From Bacillota bacterium (GTDB lineage: Bacteria; Bacillota; Negativicutes; Sporomusales; CTSoil-080), in contig JAGGAD010000021.1 in assembly GCA_017889625.1 (NCBI GenBank), positions 798 through 64,797 on the forward strand: a DNA stretch of 64,000 nt, read 5' to 3'. The position numbers and the translations under genes are program-made. This document shows, in pieces, positions 17,514-26,797 of this stretch; position 1 is the first letter of the stretch, and every line of letters starts with the position of its first letter. The notes under the pieces are model-generated. The model saw nothing but the letters and a program-made list of their open reading frames with translations, made no database searches and was not told the DNA's origin.

Positions 17514-18686
17514 TTACTCCTTCCAATCAGTTAGGTAACAAGCTGGGTCTTCTCCCCAAATATTGCCCGAGACGGCTTCAGCTCGAATGCGGCAGCCACA
17601 ACACAGGCTTTTATACCGGCATTCGGCACAGCGCCCTTCGACATGGCTTTCTTTACTACGTATTTTAAGGATAAATTCACCTCTGTTTTTTTGCCAAATG
17701 ACGCTAAATGGTGTTTGGCGAACATTCCCCAGCGTTTCATGCCCCCAGAACTGGCAAGCATGAACATTTCCTAATGGATCAACATTCGCCATTTTTTGTC
17801 CAGCGGAGCAGCCGCCATGCATTTCCAAGAGGGCTTTAATTTCCGGCACTCGCTCAGGGTTCGTGCGTTCAATGTATTTTAATATGTAAATTCCGTCGGC
17901 ATGATTATCCGTAGTCAAAACCTCAACCTCAATGCCTCGCTCGTGAAAGTCCAACGTTCGCCTAATTAATAATTCTATTGTCTGGCGTTTTTCTTCGGCG
18001 GTAGTATCAAGTGCTGCTATACTTTTGCCCCGTCCGGCGTAAACCAAATGGTACATACAGAATCGCTGAATTTTTTCTTGTTCAACAATATTTAGGATAT
18101 CCGGCAAAGCCGCTTGATTAAGTCTATTAATGGTAAACCGAATACCTGTTTTGTTCCCCGCGGCTAAGGAATTTCTAATACCATTGATGGCCGCTTCAAA
18201 TGCCCCTTTTTGTCCCCGGAATTTATCATGAATTTCTTCGTTACCGTCAAGGCTGACTCCAACATACTGAAACCCACTTTCTTTTATTTTAGCAGCTATC
18301 TTGGATGTTATCAGTGTTCCATTAGTAGATATTACCGGGCGCAGTCCCTTCATCGCGGCATAAGCACCTAATTCAAATAAGTCCTCACGCAATAACGGTT
18401 CACCGCCGGAAAATAACAACACCGGAACACGGGATTGGGCTAAGTCGTCGATAAAGGTCTTAGCTTCGTCGGTGGTTAGTTCACCATTGTAGACTCGGTC
18501 TTCAGCCTCAATATAGCAGTGCTGGCAAGCCAGATTGCATCGGTTGGTGGTATTCCAAACCACAATTGGCGTGGTATCTGACGAAAACTGCAGCATATGT
18601 GGCGGTAGATTACGTGAACTACGACCATATTTTACAATATCCGAAACAGTAGCCGTACCGCAAAGTAGTTTTGTACATCCAATCAC
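17514..18686 (-). CDS. Radical SAM/SPASM protein, NirJ1/AhbC-like
   Basis: CNLACQHCY motif and a C-terminal SPASM cluster (CSAG...C..W...CAECRYKSLCCGCRIRA). Paralogous to and tandem with the downstream gene. GTG start with an AGGAGGG SD. Confidence 0.7.
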   Translation of the reverse strand: MIGCTKLLCGTATVSDIVKYGRSSRNLPPHMLQFSSDTTPIVVWNTTNRCNLACQHCYIEAEDRVYNGELTTDEAKTFIDDLAQSRVPVLLFSGGEPLLREDLFELGAYAAMKGLRPVISTNGTLITSKIAAKIKESGFQYVGVSLDGNEEIHDKFRGQKGAFEAAINGIRNSLAAGNKTGIRFTINRLNQAALPDILNIVEQEKIQRFCMYHLVYAGRGKSIAALDTTAEEKRQTIELLIRRTLDFHERGIEVEVLTTDNHADGIYILKYIERTNPERVPEIKALLEMHGGCSAGQKMANVDPLGNVHACQFWGHETLGNVRQTPFSVIWQKNRGEFILKIRSKESHVEGRCAECRYKSLCCGCRIRAEAVSGNIWGEDPACYLTDWKE

Positions 18687-18952
18687 CCAAAACCCTCCTA
18701 ATACTCTGTAGAGATTTTAAAAAGCCCACCGTGATATTTAGATCTTGATTAATCTTCACAAGACCTGTCCCTAATCATTCTTGCTATCCATAGCACTAAA
18801 GGCTACTTATATGCCTAGGCAATATAAAGCAGCCTTTTATATTAGAATTAACTATTTTGGGGAACCAAAGTTCATAACCTTTAGCTGCTTTTTTAGCAGT
18901 CTAAAAACTTATGGTTTTTTGTATCAATAACTAAACAGCGGGTACCCCGCTT

Positions 18953-19276
18953 TTATAGTATATTATTAATCGCCGCCTCAAACTGTCCTCTAGGACGGAA
19001 ACCGACTAACCGATTTACTTCTTTGCCATCTTTGAAAATAAGAATAGTGGGGATACTCATTACCTTATAAGTTTTTGCCATTTCTTGCTGTTCATCGACA
19101 TTTACTTTAACTACAGTAGCCTTTCCCGTAAAATCCGCTGCCACAGCCTCCAATTCCGGAGCAACCATTTTGCATGGTCCGCACCAAGTAGCCCAAAAGT
19201 CAACAACAACCGGCTGCTTTGATTCTAAAACCTGCCTTTTAAAGTCCTCCGAACTGCTAATATTGTTTACACTCAT
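18953..19276 (-). CDS. trxA: Thioredoxin
   Basis: WCGPC active site; 107 aa with typical thioredoxin sequence. Confidence 0.9.
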   Translation of the reverse strand: MSVNNISSSEDFKRQVLESKQPVVVDFWATWCGPCKMVAPELEAVAADFTGKATVVKVNVDEQQEMAKTYKVMSIPTILIFKDGKEVNRLVGFRPRGQFEAAINNIL

Positions 19277-19526
19277 AATTAGTCCTCCTTATCAGTTTAA
19301 TTCTATGATATGAAACAAGTAATATTTTTTATATCATCCCCCACAGAGATGGTTAATTGCATTGTAGATAACTTTTTCTTAATTGTCAATGTTTTACTAT
19401 TATTGTAACCTAAGGTCTTTGCGTTCTAAAACTTTCCATGGTTATCGCCGTAATAACTTTAACATTTCTCCTATATCTAGCGTACTATATTACAACCATA
19501 ATAGAGTTACTACAAGGAGGCATATC

Positions 19527-19655
19527 ATGAATCTTCGCTCATGTTTCGGCCCTGGCGGCGGATTTGGCGGCGGTGGCTTTATCATCGTCATTGTCATTAT
19601 TATCATCCTGCTCCTACTCTTTGCTGGAAATGAAGAATCTAGTTCTGTAATATAA
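19527..19655 (+). CDS. Tiny Gly-rich transmembrane protein (YjcZ-like)
   Basis: AAGGAGG SD 6 nt before the ATG. Product is MNLRSCFGPGGGFGGGGFIIVIVIIIILLLLFAGNEESSSVI. The longer track ORF from 19383 has no SD. Confidence 0.5.
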   Translation: MNLRSCFGPGGGFGGGGFIIVIVIIIILLLLFAGNEESSSVI

Positions 19656-19711
19656 AGTTTTAGTTAGTCACTTTTGCCACCTCAAACAAATTTATCTAAT
19701 ATTTACTGCGT

Positions 19712-19730
19712 GACGGGGATAACCCCCGTC
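19712..19730 (+). terminator. Terminator hairpin
   Basis: GACGGGG-ataac-CCCCGTC followed by CTTTGCTTTT. Confidence 0.5.
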
Positions 19731-19765
19731 CTTTGCTTTTCTATCATCTACTATACGTACTTAAA

Positions 19766-19796
19766 GGAATCGGCCACATTTTAGTGCACCGATTCC
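19766..19796 (-). terminator. Terminator-like hairpin after the Cys/His-rich gene
   Basis: GGAATCGG / CCGATTCC stem with a 15-nt loop. Confidence 0.4.
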
Positions 19797-19836
19797 TTTA
19801 TAAAAGCTTATTTATTAAAAAACCTATTTATATTTC

Positions 19837-20055
19837 TTACATATATTGTCCTGGATGTGGCATGCCATGGTGCATGCCATGGGGCATACCGCAACGTGGA
19901 CATTGCGGGCGATGATCGTGTCTATACTCACAACCGCAATGCGGACATACCATTACAACATTATAGCAGCATGATTCATATACTCTGAATTTTATTTCCC
20001 CCACGCATTTTTTAAAGCAGTTACTTTTACACATTGGCTTACAGCCTTCATACAT
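19837..20055 (-). CDS. Cys/His/Met-rich 72-aa protein (putative spore-coat or metal-binding protein)
   Basis: AAGGAGGGG SD. The product has 14 Cys, including CPHCGC and CPRCG, and a C-terminal GMPHGMHHGMPHPG repeat. Confidence 0.6.
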   Translation of the reverse strand: MYEGCKPMCKSNCFKKCVGEIKFRVYESCCYNVVMVCPHCGCEYRHDHRPQCPRCGMPHGMHHGMPHPGQYM

Positions 20056-20079
20056 TGTTTAAACCCCTCCTTTCTACTA

Positions 20080-20107
20080 TACGATATGCAAAACCCCTGG
20101 AACATGT
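20080..20107 (-). promoter_or_regulatory. Sigma-K-type promoter candidate for the Cys/His-rich gene
   Basis: The minus strand reads AC-N17-CATATCGTA (consensus AC-N16/17-CATAnnnTA), about 22 nt upstream of the ATG. Confidence 0.45.
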
Positions 20108-20168
20108 TATGTATATTAATATTTTTTTTATTTTACCGCTAATTACAGCAAACCAATAATTAGCGGTA

Positions 20169-20196
20169 ACAATATTTCTGCTTTGTTCATACAGTA
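20169..20196 (+). promoter_or_regulatory. Sigma-K/sigma-E-type promoter candidate for the 20239 operon
   Basis: The plus strand reads AC-N17-CATACAGTA, which also fits the sigma-E -10 CATACAnT. Confidence 0.45.
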
Positions 20197-20238
20197 TAGT
20201 AAGTTAAATAACATTCCGGCAGGGAGGTAAACATTTAT

Positions 20239-20820
20239 ATGAGCATTTTTAGAGAACTTTTAAATCCCGCTCTGGTCAGAGAGTTAGAGCGCGAATTTAA
20301 TACTGATGTGCTTTTATTTGGGTTTGATGGCTTTACCTATTTCGGCAATTTGCAGGCTATTGATGATTGCCGCATTGCCATTTTAACCCCGGCGGTATCT
20401 GCAAGAAGCGGCAATGTTGAAATTTTAACGCCAGGAGGCGAGCTCGTCGAAGTTAGATTTGCCCGGGTTGATTTATGGCAATTAGTAGGTAAAGGTACTG
20501 GTATTGTTTCCAATCCCCTAATCTCATCACCGCCTGATGGGCCTATTGTGTTACAACAAGTAGGTATGGAAGCAACGGAACGCCAGGAAAGCAGTGACTT
20601 ACTCAAGTGGCTAAGTCGTCAGCTTGGCGATGATGTCCTAATAACTACTCTTGGCGGATTCCTAGTCGAAGGTACACTTAGTGAACTCAATGATTGTTTG
20701 GCAGTTTTATCGGTAGATGATGTCTTCATTCCTGGTACTAGTTCCAGTATTTCAAGTGACACTTTGCGTTCGGTTGTAATAAATCTCAAAGCCATCACCT
20801 CGGTTTCCGGAGCTACCTAA
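20239..20820 (+). CDS. Hypothetical protein with an internal tandem duplication (two ~75-aa repeats)
   Basis: GGGAGG SD. Repeat 1 'LVRELEREFNTDVLLFGFDGFTYFGNLQAIDDCRIAIL' aligns with repeat 2 'LLKWLSRQLGDDVLITTLGGFLVEGTLSELNDCLAVL'. Confidence 0.6.
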   Translation: MSIFRELLNPALVRELEREFNTDVLLFGFDGFTYFGNLQAIDDCRIAILTPAVSARSGNVEILTPGGELVEVRFARVDLWQLVGKGTGIVSNPLISSPPDGPIVLQQVGMEATERQESSDLLKWLSRQLGDDVLITTLGGFLVEGTLSELNDCLAVLSVDDVFIPGTSSSISSDTLRSVVINLKAITSVSGAT

Positions 20821-20905
20821 TATTGCTTTTCTTCTTGAATATACAAAGGACCCGGTTGATTTGATACCGGGTCTTTTATTAATTATCCTTGAAGGAGGCA
20901 CGCTT

Positions 20906-21736
20906 ATGCTTATCGCGGTTGAGTATCTTGGCGAAGTCGGAATCGGAGTAACAGCGCCGCATTTTTTTCGGGCTGATGACGGTAAGGTTTATGTGGTTAA
21001 GTTTAAAACTAACCGTCTTGGCCCCACAGTATTAGTTAACGAGTTTATTGCCGCCCAGCTTGGCAATATTATTGGACTATGTTTTCCTTTAAGCGATGTT
21101 ATTTTGCTTACTGATTCGTTGATTTCAAAAACGCCACAACTTATATCTATCGGTGTAAACGCTGGGCAGCATTTTGCCTCACAGTATCTTACCAATACCA
21201 AACATCTGGACAAAAACAATTTGTCACTGGCAATAAATATAAAAGAGCTAGCCGGAATACTTTTGTTTGATCATATGTTTCACGATCTTGATCACTTCGC
21301 TAATAAAAATAATTTTTTATTGCACCGTGAAGAAGTTGGCTGGCGAATTTATGTTATTGATAATTCGCACTTGTTTAAAAGTGGACGCTGGACACTACAA
21401 GTTCTCGATAAACTGGCCAACAACAAAAAAATTTACTACCGACATCTTTTCAAGGTGTTGTTAAATGACTGTCTTGTTCCTTCAGATTTTGTTCCGTATT
21501 TGGAAAGGGTAAAAGGTCTTAGTGATATTGCTATTACAGCTATTACAGATGGTATTCCCGCTGAATGGCTGACCGAGGAGGGTGAACGTGAAGCCTTAGC
21601 ACACCATATAAGCCTGAGACGAGATATTGCCGAGCAACTGTGGCATCGATTATGCCGCCATATTCCACTGGTACACGGTGGGCAGCGGTCCTCTGCTGCG
21701 CGTATTATTCGCAGCACCGAAAAAAGTAAGATTTAG
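20906..21736 (+). CDS. HipA-like / PI3-4-kinase-fold protein (uncharacterised)
   Basis: N-terminal 'DDGKVYVVKFKTNRLGPTVLVNEFIAAQLG' plus 'FDHMFHDLDHFANKNNFLL' and 'YVIDNSHLF' resemble the HipA-type kinase core layout, with non-canonical catalytic-loop residues. Start set to the ATG at 20906 after GGAGG. Confidence 0.5.
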   Translation: MLIAVEYLGEVGIGVTAPHFFRADDGKVYVVKFKTNRLGPTVLVNEFIAAQLGNIIGLCFPLSDVILLTDSLISKTPQLISIGVNAGQHFASQYLTNTKHLDKNNLSLAINIKELAGILLFDHMFHDLDHFANKNNFLLHREEVGWRIYVIDNSHLFKSGRWTLQVLDKLANNKKIYYRHLFKVLLNDCLVPSDFVPYLERVKGLSDIAITAITDGIPAEWLTEEGEREALAHHISLRRDIAEQLWHRLCRHIPLVHGGQRSSAARIIRSTEKSKI

Positions 21737-21792
21737 GCGTTAAGAAAGGACCCCGGCCTCTGCCTAAAACAGGCAAATGCCGAGGTTCTTGT

Positions 21793-22878
21793 TTATTCCA
21801 AGTGATCATGAACACTATATCCGTGATTCTGGCATAACAATTCTTTTTGAGTACGTTTTATATCTTCTTGGACCATCATCCTGACAAGTTCGATAAACGT
21901 TGTTTGCGGCTGCCATCCTAGTTTATTTCTGGCTTTATTAGAATCTGCCACCAATAAATCTACCTCCGTAGGCCTAAAATAGCGGTGATCGATTTTTATG
22001 ATGGTTTTACCGGTTAAAGTATCGATTCCTTGTTCAGCAAGACCTTCGCCCTGCCATTCGAGATTAATATCGACGCTTTGGCAGGCCAATTCGACAAACT
22101 CTCGCACCGAATAGGTTTCACCAGTGCCAACTACATAATCATCCGGCTTGTTTTGCTGCAGCATCAGCCACATCGCTCGAACATAATCAGCAGCATATCC
22201 CCAGTCTCGTTTTGCATTAAGATTTCCTAAGTACAACACATCTTGCAACCCTAGTTTTATCCGGGCAATGCCGCGCGTAATTTTCCGAGTGACAAAGGAT
22301 TCTCCCCGGAGTGGTGATTCATGATTAAATAATATGCCATTACAAGCAAAAATGCCGTAGGCTTCGCGGTAATTGACGGTAATCCAATAGGCGTAGATCT
22401 TTGCTACACCATAGGGACTTCGAGGATAGAACGGGGTTGTTTCCCGCTGGGGTATTTCTTGGGCTTTGCCAAATAGTTCACTGGTTGATGCTTGATAAAA
22501 TTTCGTTTTTGCGGCAAAGCCACTCAGGCGTACCGCTTCTAACATTCTCATCGTACCAAGAGCATCGGTGTTAGCGGTATATTCTGCGGATTCAAAGGAA
22601 TTCTTCACATGGGACTGAGCCGCTAAGTTATATATTTCATCTGGTTCTACGGTTTTCACTATGCGGGCTAAGTTAGCCCCATCTGTCAAATCTCCATAAT
22701 GAAGAAAAAATCGTTCTTCTAATTTATTTGCTGAGTGGTATAACCCATCAATACGGTCTGTATTTGGTACTGAGGTTCTTCTCATAATCCCATGTACCTG
22801 ATAGCCGTTATTTAGCAAATAATCAGCTAAATAAGCACCATCTTGCCCAGTTATCCCAGTTATTAACGCTTTTTTCAC
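21793..22878 (-). CDS. gmd: GDP-mannose 4,6-dehydratase
   Basis: '[27 protein letters not shown]' and a full-length Gmd pattern. GTG start at 22878 with an AAAGGAG SD. Confidence 0.9.
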   Translation of the reverse strand: MKKALITGITGQDGAYLADYLLNNGYQVHGIMRRTSVPNTDRIDGLYHSANKLEERFFLHYGDLTDGANLARIVKTVEPDEIYNLAAQSHVKNSFESAEYTANTDALGTMRMLEAVRLSGFAAKTKFYQASTSELFGKAQEIPQRETTPFYPRSPYGVAKIYAYWITVNYREAYGIFACNGILFNHESPLRGESFVTRKITRGIARIKLGLQDVLYLGNLNAKRDWGYAADYVRAMWLMLQQNKPDDYVVGTGETYSVREFVELACQSVDINLEWQGEGLAEQGIDTLTGKTIIKIDHRYFRPTEVDLLVADSNKARNKLGWQPQTTFIELVRMMVQEDIKRTQKELLCQNHGYSVHDHLE

Positions 22879-22947
22879 ATACTCGCTCCTTTCCCGCCTC
22901 ATTACCTTATGGTATTCACCGAGTTAAGTTGGTGTGCACTGCTATTA

Positions 22948-22994
22948 GAAAAGCCCGGTTTATCAGCAACATTTGCCAATAAACCGGGCTTTTC
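22948..22994 (-). terminator. Intrinsic terminator
   Basis: Perfect 16-bp stem GAAAAGCCCGGTTTAT / ATAAACCGGGCTTTTC downstream of the 23039 gene. Confidence 0.65.
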
Positions 22995-23038
22995 TATTCC
23001 TATACTGCTTACACTGCTATTAGTACGCTCAATATCCT

Positions 23039-23632
23039 TTACTCTGGAAGATAACACTCACGATTAAATCGATTCAAAGCTTTTTCCAGTCCTCGCCGTA
23101 CGGCGTAGGATTGTTTTACAAAACCAACTAAGGCCTGATGTTCACCATTTTCAGTAATTACACTATCATAGATCACATATCCATTGTTTACATCGGTTAC
23201 TGTCATATAAAGCGGCACTACCGCCGTCCAGCGCTTAAGCAATATTATAGCGTTAGGAAAATCTAACTGCTGGTCGGTATAAACAAACTGAATTTCTGCC
23301 CGAACACTATAGTCTACTCTCATGTCGCTAAAAGCAGCTTGCAATGAGCCCCAATCGGCAGTCGAGTAATCATATATACCCTCCGCGCTCAATCTGTCCA
23401 GTAGGCTCTGACCAGAAAGCACTATGTACCTATCGGCCGGAAATTTATCCGCCAAGGCCTCATTAATCATCTCCGCGGTATAACCACCGCCTCTTAGTCC
23501 AGAATTGTTTATAGCCGGCAAAACGGCAACTACCGCTTTAGAACCATAGTGCGCCTCAACTCCGTTAGGCACTAGAGCAAAAGAAACTAAAGCCAATAAA
23601 AAGCAGCACGCAACAAGTACATTTCTACGCAT
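23039..23632 (-). CDS. Secreted hypothetical protein (197 aa)
   Basis: N-terminal signal peptide (MRRNVLVACCFLLALVSFALVPNGVEA). The 'AVVAVLPAINNSG' segment is reminiscent of LpoB/CsgG-type periplasmic proteins, but the similarity is weak. Confidence 0.55.
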   Translation of the reverse strand: MRRNVLVACCFLLALVSFALVPNGVEAHYGSKAVVAVLPAINNSGLRGGGYTAEMINEALADKFPADRYIVLSGQSLLDRLSAEGIYDYSTADWGSLQAAFSDMRVDYSVRAEIQFVYTDQQLDFPNAIILLKRWTAVVPLYMTVTDVNNGYVIYDSVITENGEHQALVGFVKQSYAVRRGLEKALNRFNRECYLPE

Positions 23633-23930
23633 AGTTTCCCTTCACTCCTCGGAATTTTGCAGTTTTTATAATTTAGTCATTTAGCTCAATAATTAAAATC
23701 ATTTTTCTGCCTGTATATTATTTTGCTATTGAACAGAAAAAACCTCTTATTTTTCGCACATAATTGATAATCTTGTACTTGGTAGTTTCGGCCAGCACCA
23801 CTACGCTATTACTCTTTTTCCCTAATACTGGAGGAATAACCCACAAAAAAGAGAACATTATAAAAGCAGCAAGTGCCCTATTTACTATGATAGTCACACA
23901 AGACAACGCCATCGAAGAGGTGATATTTTT

Positions 23931-25838
23931 ATGATTAAAATTGCTTTGGGCCAGATAGAAATTGTTCCCGGTCGACCGGATTTAAATACTACGGCTATGT
24001 TGACAATGATGGATGAAGCTCGCCGTCAGCATACCGATATTATCATTTTTCCGGAAATGGCCATTCCTGGTTACCTTTTAGGTGACACATGGGAACAGCT
24101 AGCCTTTTTACGCGAATGCGAAGAATGCGGTCGGAAAATAATTGCGGCTTCGCACGAGCTATGCGTGATTTTCGGTAATGTCGGAATTGATTGGCACAAA
24201 CATGGTGATGATGGTCGGGTGCGCAAATATAACGCTTTGTTTACAGCTACTAACGGTACTTTGTGCGGCCAGGATAATTTTTGTTACCCCTTCAGGATAA
24301 AAACCCTCCATCCAAACTACCGCGAATTTGACGATACCCGTCATTTCTACAGTTTGCGTAAGCTGGCTCTGGAACTTAATCAACCACCTTCCGAACTACT
24401 CCAACCAATTAATGTCATTATAAATGGTCGATCACTTACAATCGGCGGAATATTGTGTGAGGATGGCTGGAACGACGATTATCCACTCAACCCGCTTGCC
24501 ATTCTAAACGCCAAAGCAAAGCTAGATCTTATTGTTAATATTTCATGTTCTCCGTTTACGCTAGGTAAAAACAACAAACGTAACCGGGTTTTTTCGAAAC
24601 AAGCAGCAAATTTTGGGGTTCCGCTGGTATATGTAAATGCTGTTGGTATCCAAAATAATGGTAAAACAATTTATACGTTTGATGGGTTTAGTACGATTTA
24701 CAATTCCCAGGGAGAGATCATCAACGGTTGTCATAATTTCCAACCGGAGTTAACAATTGTAGATATTGATGATCCGGCCATAAATAGTACATATAACAAT
24801 GCATCTACTCTGTCTAAGGACGACAATATTGATAGCGTTTACCAGTCATTAACTTACGGCATCCAAAAGTTTATGGAGCAAACCGGCCTAACTAAGGTTG
24901 TTATCGGTGTTTCCGGAGGTATTGATTCGGCGGTGAATGCGGCCTTATTCGCTAATGCTATCGGTGCAGAAAATATTTTGTTGGTGAATATGCCGAGTGT
25001 TTATAATTCGGATACAACTAAAGGGCTGTCGGAAAAATTGGCCAGCAATCTTGGTTGCCGCTATGCCATTTTACCTATTCAGGATTCTGTTGACCATACT
25101 ATTAAGCAAATAACTACGTCATTAGTTACCGACCTTAAAACCGGCACTAAATCTACGTTGGAGGTATCTTCGTTTGTGTCCGAGAATATTCAGGCCCGTG
25201 ACCGCTCGGCCCGTGTCTTGGCAGGAATGGCTGCAGCCTTTGGCGCCGCTTTTACTTGTAACGCTAATAAAGCAGAATTTACGGTAGGTTATTCTACATT
25301 GTACGGTGACCAGGCTGGCTTTATAGCTTCATTAGGAGACCTTTGGAAGCATCAAGTCTACGCCCTTGGTGATTATCTGAATACCAAGGTTTTCCCAAGC
25401 CCAGTAATTCCCCAAGGCATCTTTGATATCGTTCCCAGCGCAGAGCTGTCGTTAGCCCAGGCGGTTGATGAGGGAAAAGGAGATCCGCTTATCTACCCAT
25501 ACCATGATTATCTTTTTCGAGCCTTTATGGAATGGTGGAACAGAGCCACCCCTGAGGACATATTAACTTGGTACGCCGCTGGTGAACTTGATGCCCGGCT
25601 AGGCTGTGAAGCAGGATTAACCGCGAAACTTTTCTCAACACCGGCCGACTTTATCGCCGATCTTGAACGGTGGTGGAAACTTTATACCGGGATGGGCGTG
25701 GCCAAACGCATCCAAGCTCCGCCAGTACTTGCTATCAGCCGCCGGGCTTATGGTTTTGATCATCGCGAAGCCCAAAATCAGTCCTATTTCACCAGCGTTT
25801 ACTACGCCTTAAAAGCACGCTTGTTGTCTACAAAATAA
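23931..25838 (+). CDS. nadE: Glutamine-dependent NAD+ synthetase (nitrilase domain plus NAD synthase domain)
   Basis: N-terminal CN-hydrolase domain (FPEMAIPGY...C.D.W) and a C-terminal 'GVSGGIDSA' PP-loop. Confidence 0.9.
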   Translation: MIKIALGQIEIVPGRPDLNTTAMLTMMDEARRQHTDIIIFPEMAIPGYLLGDTWEQLAFLRECEECGRKIIAASHELCVIFGNVGIDWHKHGDDGRVRKYNALFTATNGTLCGQDNFCYPFRIKTLHPNYREFDDTRHFYSLRKLALELNQPPSELLQPINVIINGRSLTIGGILCEDGWNDDYPLNPLAILNAKAKLDLIVNISCSPFTLGKNNKRNRVFSKQAANFGVPLVYVNAVGIQNNGKTIYTFDGFSTIYNSQGEIINGCHNFQPELTIVDIDDPAINSTYNNASTLSKDDNIDSVYQSLTYGIQKFMEQTGLTKVVIGVSGGIDSAVNAALFANAIGAENILLVNMPSVYNSDTTKGLSEKLASNLGCRYAILPIQDSVDHTIKQITTSLVTDLKTGTKSTLEVSSFVSENIQARDRSARVLAGMAAAFGAAFTCNANKAEFTVGYSTLYGDQAGFIASLGDLWKHQVYALGDYLNTKVFPSPVIPQGIFDIVPSAELSLAQAVDEGKGDPLIYPYHDYLFRAFMEWWNRATPEDILTWYAAGELDARLGCEAGLTAKLFSTPADFIADLERWWKLYTGMGVAKRIQAPPVLAISRRAYGFDHREAQNQSYFTSVYYALKARLLSTK

Positions 25839-25863
25839 TTTTGTATATGGAGGAACTTAAGTT

Positions 25864-26754
25864 ATGTATTTTGATAATGCTGAGGGGATGGTCTTTCGTC
25901 CTCCCAGTGAGGCTAATAGTTTGATATTACGCGTAACTATCGGTTGTTCGCATAATGCCTGCACTTTTTGCGGCATGTATCATGATACCGCGTTTCGAAT
26001 CCGGCCAGAGGCTGAGGTTACGGCTCTTATCGAGCGGGCAGCCGCGCTTTATCCTTATCAGCGCAGAATATTTCTGGCGGACGGCAATGCGCTGATACTG
26101 CCTACCGACCGCCTGCTAAAAATTATGCACCACCTGGCTCAGGCTTTTCCTAAGTTAGCCCGCATTACTTGCTACGGCGGCCCTCATGACATCTTACGTA
26201 AAACTCCGGAGGAACTGGCCGCACTGCGTAATGCGGGACTCCATATAATTTATTTAGGCATCGAAAGCGGCGATGACGAGGTTCTTTCTGCCGTAAACAA
26301 GGGAGTAACCGCCGCACAAATGAGTGCGGCCGGACAAAAGGTGATAGCCGCCGGAATAAAGTTGTCGGGAATGATTATTCTCGGTCTTGGCGGTAAGGAT
26401 CGGACGAACGGCCACGCAATTAATACTGCCAAAATTATTAATGAGATCAACCCAACGATGCTTGGCGCACTGACACTTATGCTCCACGAAGGCTCGCCCA
26501 TGCGCCAAGCGGCAGAAAATGGTGAATTTTATCCGCTTTCACCTTATGAATTGATGCTGGAACTAAAAGAAATGGTGGCCCATATCAATGTTACTCAACC
26601 TTGTATTTTCCGTAGCACTCATATTTCTAATTTTTTACCACTCGCAGGAACTTTGCCTAAGGATAAGGATCTTCTTCTGACAGCCATTGACCAAGTACTT
26701 GATGTTTTTCGTAATCAAACTAGTCCTACCTATAATGCCAGAAATCAATATTAA
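25864..26754 (+). CDS. Radical SAM protein (function unknown)
   Basis: CSHNACTFC (CxxxxCxxC-type cluster) in a TIM-barrel-like context. GGAGGAA SD. Confidence 0.8.
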   Translation: MYFDNAEGMVFRPPSEANSLILRVTIGCSHNACTFCGMYHDTAFRIRPEAEVTALIERAAALYPYQRRIFLADGNALILPTDRLLKIMHHLAQAFPKLARITCYGGPHDILRKTPEELAALRNAGLHIIYLGIESGDDEVLSAVNKGVTAAQMSAAGQKVIAAGIKLSGMIILGLGGKDRTNGHAINTAKIINEINPTMLGALTLMLHEGSPMRQAAENGEFYPLSPYELMLELKEMVAHINVTQPCIFRSTHISNFLPLAGTLPKDKDLLLTAIDQVLDVFRNQTSPTYNARNQY

Positions 26755-26784
26755 AGCCGCCCTTCGGGGCGGCTTTAATATTGA
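26745..26784. terminator. Bidirectional terminator
   Basis: 18-bp perfect palindrome TCAATATTAAAGCCGCCC-TTCG-GGGCGGCTTTAATATTGA between convergent genes. Confidence 0.75.
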
Positions 26785-26797
26785 TTTTTCTTATTTA

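Noticed and set aside
19383-19526. Long 5' extension of the Gly-rich small ORF (track start 19383)
   Set aside because: There is no SD at 19383. The AAGGAGG box sits directly before the internal ATG at 19527, and the upstream part translates to low-complexity sequence.
23718-23912. 64-aa minus-strand ORF upstream of nadE
   Set aside because: It has no SD and lies in the nadE promoter/leader region. The hydrophobic translation is probably an AT-rich artefact.
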